Made by a program: the position numbers and the translations under genes. The notes beneath the pieces were generated by a model. It saw nothing but the letters and a program-made list of their open reading frames with translations. It was not told the DNA's origin and did not search any database. Below, in pieces: positions 58,440 to 64,000 of a DNA stretch of 64,000 bases. How positions within the stretch are numbered: the stretch's first letter is position 1; every line of letters begins with the position of its first letter. Source of the stretch: Bacteroidales bacterium (GTDB lineage Bacteria; Bacteroidota; Bacteroidia; Bacteroidales; JAUNSR01); the NCBI GenBank assembly GCA_036655355.1, contig JAVVQG010000016.1:35333-99332 (forward strand), given 5' to 3'.

Positions 58440-60089
58440 TTACTTCTTGTCGCGAATCTCCACGCGTCGGATTTTCCCGCTGATTGTTTTAGGCAGTTCC
58501 TCGACGAATTCGATGATGCGTGGATATTTGTAGGGAGCGGTCACGCGTTTCACATGATCCTGTATCTCTTTAATCAACGCATCGCTTATCTTATCTTTGT
58601 AAGGATTGGAAAGAACGATGGTTGCTTTTACCACCTGTCCGCGTACCTCATCGGGAACTCCGGTAATGGCACATTCAAGCACAGAAGGGTGGGTCATCAA
58701 GGCACTTTCCACTTCAAACGGACCGATTCGATAGCCTGAGCTTTTGATCACATCGTCTGCACGGCCGACGAACCAGAAGTAGCCGTCTTCATCGCGCCAT
58801 GCCACATCGCCCGTATAATAGAGACCATCTGAACAAGCTTCCTTCGTTTTGGCTTCATCGCGGTAATACTCTTTGAAAAGTCCGAGAACCTTTTTGCCTC
58901 CGGTCCGGATTACGATTTGTCCCTGCTCGCCATCTTCCGCCCAACGTCCGTCCGGTGTAAGCAGATCGACATCGTATTGCGGGTTCTTTATTCCCATGGA
59001 ACCGGGTTTCGGTTCCACCCAAGGGTAAGTGGCGATCGTAAGGGTTGTTTCGGTTTGTCCGAACCCTTCCATGAGTCGGATTCCTGTTAACCGCAACCAC
59101 TCTTCATAAACCGCCGGGTTTAGTGCTTCTCCTGCGATGGTGCAATATTTCAAGGATGAGATATCAAACTTACTTAACTCCTCCTTAATCAGGAAACGAA
59201 ATACGGTGGGAGGAGCGCAGAACGAAGTGATGCGATGGTTGTGGATCATATGCAATACATCGGCGGGTGTGAATTTGTCAAAGTCGTATACGAAGACGTT
59301 TGCCCCCGCGATCCATTGACCGTATAGTTTCCCCCATACCGCTTTCCCCCAGCCGGTATCAGCCAGTGTAAGATGCAACGATTCCTCATTCAAATTGTGC
59401 CAGTAAGAGGCGGTAATGATGTGAGCAAGGGGGTAGGTGAAGTCATGGGCCACCATTTTAGGCTCACCCGTAGTGCCGGAAGTGAAATACAATAACGAGA
59501 TATCCTCATTTTGGTTTGTGTTTTCCGGACGGCTAAACGGAGCAGCATGTTCGATGCCGAAATGGAAATCATCCCATCCCTCCGGAATGTCGGGGCCGAT
59601 CGAAACCAATCGCTCGAGGGAAGGTGATTTGCTTCTCGCCTTTTCGATATGGTTAAGGACGGTTTCTTCACCGACGGCCACGATCATTTTTATCGATGCG
59701 GCATTATTACGGTAAACGATGTCTTTTTCAGTAAGGAGGTGGGTAGCGGGAATCACCGTAGCGCCGAGTTTGTGAAGGGCGACGATTGCGAACCAAAACT
59801 CAAAGCGTCTTTTGAGAATCAGCATCACTTTATCGCCTTTGCCTATTCCGAGTGACTGGAAATAGGATGCCGTCTTATCACTTTGTTCTTTGATTTCGGC
59901 AAAGGTGAAATCATGTTTCGCACCTTTGTCATTGGTCCAGCTGAGTGCTTTTTTATGGGGCGCTATTTTAGCCCATTCGTCAACAATATCGTACCCGAAG
60001 TTGAAATCTAAAGGGATTTCTACCTTGAAATTATTCATGAAGTCCTCTTGAGAGGAGAACTCCGTTTGTTTTAAAAACCGTTCAATCAT
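58440..60089 (-). CDS. AMP-dependent acyl-CoA synthetase/ligase (medium-chain type)
   Basis: 549 aa with AMP-binding motif LLYFTSGTTGEPKMV, plus GYFWFVGRADDVIKSSGYRIGPFEVE and C-terminal SGKIRR. Confidence 0.9.
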   Translation of the reverse strand: MIERFLKQTEFSSQEDFMNNFKVEIPLDFNFGYDIVDEWAKIAPHKKALSWTNDKGAKHDFTFAEIKEQSDKTASYFQSLGIGKGDKVMLILKRRFEFWFAIVALHKLGATVIPATHLLTEKDIVYRNNAASIKMIVAVGEETVLNHIEKARSKSPSLERLVSIGPDIPEGWDDFHFGIEHAAPFSRPENTNQNEDISLLYFTSGTTGEPKMVAHDFTYPLAHIITASYWHNLNEESLHLTLADTGWGKAVWGKLYGQWIAGANVFVYDFDKFTPADVLHMIHNHRITSFCAPPTVFRFLIKEELSKFDISSLKYCTIAGEALNPAVYEEWLRLTGIRLMEGFGQTETTLTIATYPWVEPKPGSMGIKNPQYDVDLLTPDGRWAEDGEQGQIVIRTGGKKVLGLFKEYYRDEAKTKEACSDGLYYTGDVAWRDEDGYFWFVGRADDVIKSSGYRIGPFEVESALMTHPSVLECAITGVPDEVRGQVVKATIVLSNPYKDKISDALIKEIQDHVKRVTAPYKYPRIIEFVEELPKTISGKIRRVEIRDKK

Positions 60090-60157
60090 ACTATGAAAAT
60101 TGGGCTCGGATGTTGAAATACTGTACGAAGTATCTCTTCAAGGGAGTATAAAGTTAA

Positions 60158-60709
60158 TTAAAGGATCATCGCAAGGAATTGCACTTTTTCATGATCCAGG
60201 GCTTTCATCCCGTGCGGGAAGGAGGAGTCGAAATAGATTGAATCCCCTTCGTTGAGAATAAGTTCTTTTCCGTGGATATGTAAAAGCATCTTTCCTTTGA
60301 GCACAAGGTTGAACTCTTGTCCCGGATGAGCATTCAAGGTGATTGCATCATCGTCATTGGGTTCTACGACAACCATGAAAGGTGTTGCTTTTCTATTCTT
60401 AAAACCGGTGGCCAACGCCTGGTATTTATATGCTTTCGTTCTTTCTACCGAGGGGCCTTTTCCTGCACGGGTGAGGTAATAGCAGTTCATATGAGCCTCG
60501 TCGCCGAACATCAGGGTAACGAGTTCGATGTTATAATGGCGACTAACCTGATGCAGGAGGCTAACCGGTATATCCGCTTCGCCCGACTCTATTTCGAGGT
60601 ATTTCTGAGGAGAAATATCGCAAACCCGTGCAATTTCATCTATTTCAATCTCAAGAGATTCACGCAAACCTTTGAGGCGATCTGCAATTTGTCTGATTTG
60701 TTCGTTCAT
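60158..60709 (-). CDS. XRE-family transcriptional regulator with C-terminal cupin domain
   Basis: 183 aa with an N-terminal HTH_3-like region (LKGLRESLEIEIDEIARVCDISPQKYLEIESGE) and a C-terminal cupin region (GQEFNLVLKGKMLLHIHGKELILNEGDSIYFDSSFPHG). Confidence 0.82.
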   Translation of the reverse strand: MNEQIRQIADRLKGLRESLEIEIDEIARVCDISPQKYLEIESGEADIPVSLLHQVSRHYNIELVTLMFGDEAHMNCYYLTRAGKGPSVERTKAYKYQALATGFKNRKATPFMVVVEPNDDDAITLNAHPGQEFNLVLKGKMLLHIHGKELILNEGDSIYFDSSFPHGMKALDHEKVQFLAMIL

Positions 60710-60993
60710 AGAGTAGCGTTTTTATTATTTGCGCAATATAGTCAAAAATGAATAAATTTAATTATTTAGGGTTATTTTCATTCGGATTTAACAGTATCAG
60801 GGCCGTTTTTTATTCATCTTATCGGGCTGTATGGTTGTGTACATCACCATTTTGAATTAATATTGTAAATTAAAAATAAGTATTTACGCCATCTTTGGGT
60901 ATTGTAGGTGAGAAATATAAATTCACCCTCTTTTTTAGGGAAGTTATATAAATGGCGCGTTTGACGTGAGTGTCAAAAATAAACTGTATACAA

Positions 60994-62433
60994 ATGAAAT
61001 ATCTATATGTTCTTTGTTTCTTGGGATTGTTATGTGCGGGGTGTGAGAAGAAGAATCATTCCATAACTTCTCCGGATAAAAATATTAATCTGACCTTTTC
61101 GATGGATGGTGAGGGCATTCCTTATTACACGGTTATTTATAAAAATGACACACTGATACAGCGTTCCAGACTTGGACTTCATTTGGACGGAAACCCGATG
61201 GATTCTGCGCTTCAGCTGAAAGATATCGCAATCGGAAAAAATAAGTATTCGGGAGCTTCTTTGGGAAAAGAGTATGAGCAGCCACAACATCAATATAACG
61301 AACTGATTGCAAAAGTGGAGAAGAACGATCGGGAGATGGATATCATTTTCAGGTTGTATAATGACGGCGTTGCATTTCGTTATTGGGTGAGAGGATATGA
61401 AAACGTAGTGATCTCGGGAAAGATGATGGATATCAACTTTGCGGATAAAGTAGATGCCTATTGGTCTTGTTTTGAATATATCGATACAAAAAATCAGTAC
61501 CACGACGGAAATCTCGACGTGATGCGTAAGATGTTTGAAACGGCTCTTCCGGATGATGCCAAGCATGGAAAATATCCCGACAGTCTTTTTGTGAATCTTC
61601 CCTTCCTGGTTAAGAACGGTAGTAAATATATGAACTTCCAGATTGTGACTATCAATGAGCCTACAACCTTTAATATGAAGGTGGATGCCCACAAACCGTT
61701 GGTTTCAACTTATGTGACCAAAGACGATCATCACCAAATGGTGGTTCCTTTACCCTACTACTCGCAATGGCTTTCGATAGGTATTTCGAATAATTCGGCC
61801 GAGTTGTTGGAGTCGAAACTGGTATATAATCTGAGTCTGGAGGGCGACTTGCCGAAGGAGAAATACGAACATCCGATCGATTTCTATGAGAATAATTGTA
61901 AGAATAATGTGATTCTCCCCTTTTCAAGACATTATGAAGGGACGAAGGAGTATTCGATGATGAATATTCCGAAAGGAGGATATTCTACTTTTGTGCACCA
62001 ATTGGCTTTGCATGTGGTTTTTAACCGTCCTCTAAGTGTATATTCCGATTATGAAGCGTATTATACAGACAAAGGTGCTACCGGTAAGTTCATTGGTAAT
62101 CTACCTAAATCGTGGGATACGATGAAGGTTGTTGATGCGGAGTTAGGCCGTTACGTTATCGTGGCAAGAAAAGATTCTGATTCGGAGAATTGGTTTGTAG
62201 GAGGTATCACGAATGCTCAGGGAAGAGAGAGTGTGATTACGTTCGATTTCCTTTCACCCGATATTCTTTATAAAGCAACCATTTACGAAGATACGGAAAA
62301 CAGCCACTGGCTTACGAATCCGTCTGATTTCAAGATCTCGGAGATGTATGTACGCAAGAACAATACCTTTACCTTTAAAATGGCTCCCGGAGGAGGCTAT
62401 GGTGTTATTCTCAAAGAAGTGAAGAATCCCTAG
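60994..62433 (+). CDS. GH97-like lipoprotein apparently lacking most of the catalytic barrel
   Basis: The lipoprotein signal MKYLYVLCFLGLLCAGC starts at ATG 60994. The N-terminal part resembles the GH97 N-domain (DIIFRLYNDGVAFRYWV). The C-terminal part resembles the end of the GH97 barrel plus the C-domain (HQLALHVVFNRPL, WDTMKVVDAELGRYVIVARK, KMAPGGGYGVIL). Total length is only about 480 aa, against about 650-740 aa for characterised GH97 enzymes. Confidence 0.6.
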   Translation: MKYLYVLCFLGLLCAGCEKKNHSITSPDKNINLTFSMDGEGIPYYTVIYKNDTLIQRSRLGLHLDGNPMDSALQLKDIAIGKNKYSGASLGKEYEQPQHQYNELIAKVEKNDREMDIIFRLYNDGVAFRYWVRGYENVVISGKMMDINFADKVDAYWSCFEYIDTKNQYHDGNLDVMRKMFETALPDDAKHGKYPDSLFVNLPFLVKNGSKYMNFQIVTINEPTTFNMKVDAHKPLVSTYVTKDDHHQMVVPLPYYSQWLSIGISNNSAELLESKLVYNLSLEGDLPKEKYEHPIDFYENNCKNNVILPFSRHYEGTKEYSMMNIPKGGYSTFVHQLALHVVFNRPLSVYSDYEAYYTDKGATGKFIGNLPKSWDTMKVVDAELGRYVIVARKDSDSENWFVGGITNAQGRESVITFDFLSPDILYKATIYEDTENSHWLTNPSDFKISEMYVRKNNTFTFKMAPGGGYGVILKEVKNP

Positions 62434-62489
62434 TGAACAGTTCTCAACGGTGCTTGTTTCTATTGAAAGAAGCTCTAATTGAGAATAAT

Positions 62490-63401
62490 ATGGACAAGAT
62501 TTTTTTAACCTTCGGAGAATGGAAAGAAACTGCAGAAACGCTTCGTTTGTATCTGCAGATGGCTGGAAAGGTGAAACTGGAACGATGTTATCCACGGCCG
62601 GAGTGGTCGCATATCCGCATGTATCTCACGATAGACGGTTTATCAACGGGTATTATTCCGGGTGATGCATCTCCTTTTTCCATTCATTATAATTTGAGAA
62701 GCCATCAAGTGGAGTTTGTCAGCGGTGGAGGATCGGAAGTGATTAAGCTGGTTGATGAACTGAGTGTTCAGGAGTTTTATCGCCTTTTTATGGATGCACT
62801 GAAGAAGATAGGTTCGCCTACTGCCATCGATACGATGCCTCAGGAGATAGCGGGAGCGATTGATTTCACAAAGGATGATGTTCATTATACCTATAATCCG
62901 AAGGCAGCTACCCAATGGCTTGAGAACATGCTTTTCGCATATCAGGGACTACTCCGGTTTCTGGCGCCATTTAGGGGAAAAGTGAATACACCGGCATATT
63001 ACTTTGGGGCGATGGACCTGTCTTGTACTGTGTTTAGCGGAGAAAGTAGGCCTTATCCGAAAGAGAATGCGGTCATTTCAAAATACGCATTTGATGAAGC
63101 GCTGTTTGAGTGTGGTTTCTGGCCGGGAGATCCTCACGATCAGATTCCCTCATTCTTTGCCCTTCCTTATCCTTTTATCTCTTCGATTTCTCCTTACGAG
63201 ACAGATATCTGGCCGAAGACAGCCGTGTTTGACAGTTCAAAGAATGAGTTCTTCTTGAATCTGAAAGATGTATTCAATTACCCTGATCCGTTTAATGCGG
63301 TCATGGAGTTTTGTAATTCCACATTCAAAATCTCACAGTTGATTCATCCTTGGGATAATATCGACTGGATTACACGTCCTTTAGGATATCCTCATTTATA
63401 G
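62490..63401 (+). CDS. DUF5996-like hypothetical protein
   Basis: About 303 aa from ATG 62490 (MDKIFLTFGEWKET...). The pattern YYFGAMDLSCTVFSG...ECGFWPGD...FFALPYP matches my recollection of DUF5996. Confidence 0.5.
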   Translation: MDKIFLTFGEWKETAETLRLYLQMAGKVKLERCYPRPEWSHIRMYLTIDGLSTGIIPGDASPFSIHYNLRSHQVEFVSGGGSEVIKLVDELSVQEFYRLFMDALKKIGSPTAIDTMPQEIAGAIDFTKDDVHYTYNPKAATQWLENMLFAYQGLLRFLAPFRGKVNTPAYYFGAMDLSCTVFSGESRPYPKENAVISKYAFDEALFECGFWPGDPHDQIPSFFALPYPFISSISPYETDIWPKTAVFDSSKNEFFLNLKDVFNYPDPFNAVMEFCNSTFKISQLIHPWDNIDWITRPLGYPHL

Positions 63402-63431
63402 CTCCCGGATCACCGGTATTTATAAATGGGG

Positions 63432-64000
63432 TTATCCCCTAACTATTCCCAACATTTTATTACGGGCAAGCAGGCAGACACCTACTGCGGCTGCTCTTCC
63501 TCTTAATTTGGAAATTCGTATTTCGGTATCCTGATTTACGAAGTTGAGAGAGTGTTTCATAATCCCGGTTTCTATCGGGAGGGATATTTGTTTTCCCAAA
63601 GTACCTACTTCACCTCCTAAAATCAATACATCCGGGTTGAAAATATTTAGAAGTCCGGAAATATATTTACCCAATACACGTCCCGTGACATCAATGGTCT
63701 CCAAAGAAAGAAGATCTTCCTCTTTAGCTGCATGAAGAATCTCATTCATCAGATCAGGACCATCCAGATTCATTTTGTCTTTTAGAATGGTACTGCTTCC
63801 TTTGCTGTATTCCGATTTAAAACGGCGAACAATTGCCGACCCGGAAGCCTCTGTTTCCAAGCAGCCTTTTTTTCCGCAATGACATAATATCTCATTATCG
63901 AACATCGGGAGATGTCCGTATTCCCCTGCATATCCAGATTTGCCGTAGTAGATCTCTTTGTTGGCGATGATACCAACCCCCAGTCCCCACGAGATATTCA
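63432..64000 (-). CDS. ROK family protein (sugar kinase or repressor), 5' end beyond the window
   Basis: The ROK zinc motif is GYAGEYGHLPMFDNEILCHCGKKGCLETEASG. The reading frame stays open to base 64000 (…NISWGLGVGIIANKEIYYGKSGYAGEYGH). Confidence 0.85.
   Translation of the reverse strand, partial: NISWGLGVGIIANKEIYYGKSGYAGEYGHLPMFDNEILCHCGKKGCLETEASGSAIVRRFKSEYSKGSSTILKDKMNLDGPDLMNEILHAAKEEDLLSLETIDVTGRVLGKYISGLLNIFNPDVLILGGEVGTLGKQISLPIETGIMKHSLNFVNQDTEIRISKLRGRAAAVGVCLLARNKMLGIVRG

Overview
The window looks like a chromosomal segment from a Bacteroidales-type (Bacteroidota) genome. The assignment rests on gene content and protein motifs read by eye; no database search was possible. Core arginine and proline biosynthesis genes sit at both ends: argG-argC-argD and proC at 177-7083 (+), and argF'-M64 peptidase-proA-proB at 52550-57161 (-). 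Between them lie five accessory blocks. (1) A MacB/FtsX-type ABC efflux locus at 8.1-21.7 kb has three permease paralogs of about 790 aa, one ATPase, one membrane-fusion adaptor and one TolC-like protein. It is split into two + strand units around a histidine kinase and sigma-54-dependent response regulator pair. Each + strand unit is preceded by a -24/-12 sigma-54 promoter and a matching pair of upstream TGTC-N9-GAC sites. (2) A DAACS-family symporter. (3) An AraC-linked glycan cluster contains GH2, a metallophosphoesterase/beta-propeller fusion and GH20. (4) A complete, canonical type I-C CRISPR-Cas locus (cas3-cas5c-cas8c-cas7c-cas4-cas1-cas2) carries a very long array, by my manual count 95 repeats of 32 bp and 94 spacers at 39649-45923. 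(5) An AraC-linked L-fucose utilisation operon has the order fucK-fucP-fucI-fucA. The right end carries a GNAT, a small DUF695-like ORF, an acyl-CoA synthetase, an XRE-cupin regulator, a GH97-like lipoprotein that appears to lack most of the catalytic barrel, a DUF5996-like protein and a truncated ROK gene. I did not find an unknown multi-gene defence or mobile system. The most interesting signals are cis-regulatory: the shared sigma-54 enhancer/promoter module, phased tandem operator-like repeats and structured intergenic repeats. Others are CRISPR-array micro-evolution (a duplicated unit and re-acquired variant spacers) and two unusual protein architectures. All product names are inferred from motifs and remembered family features.
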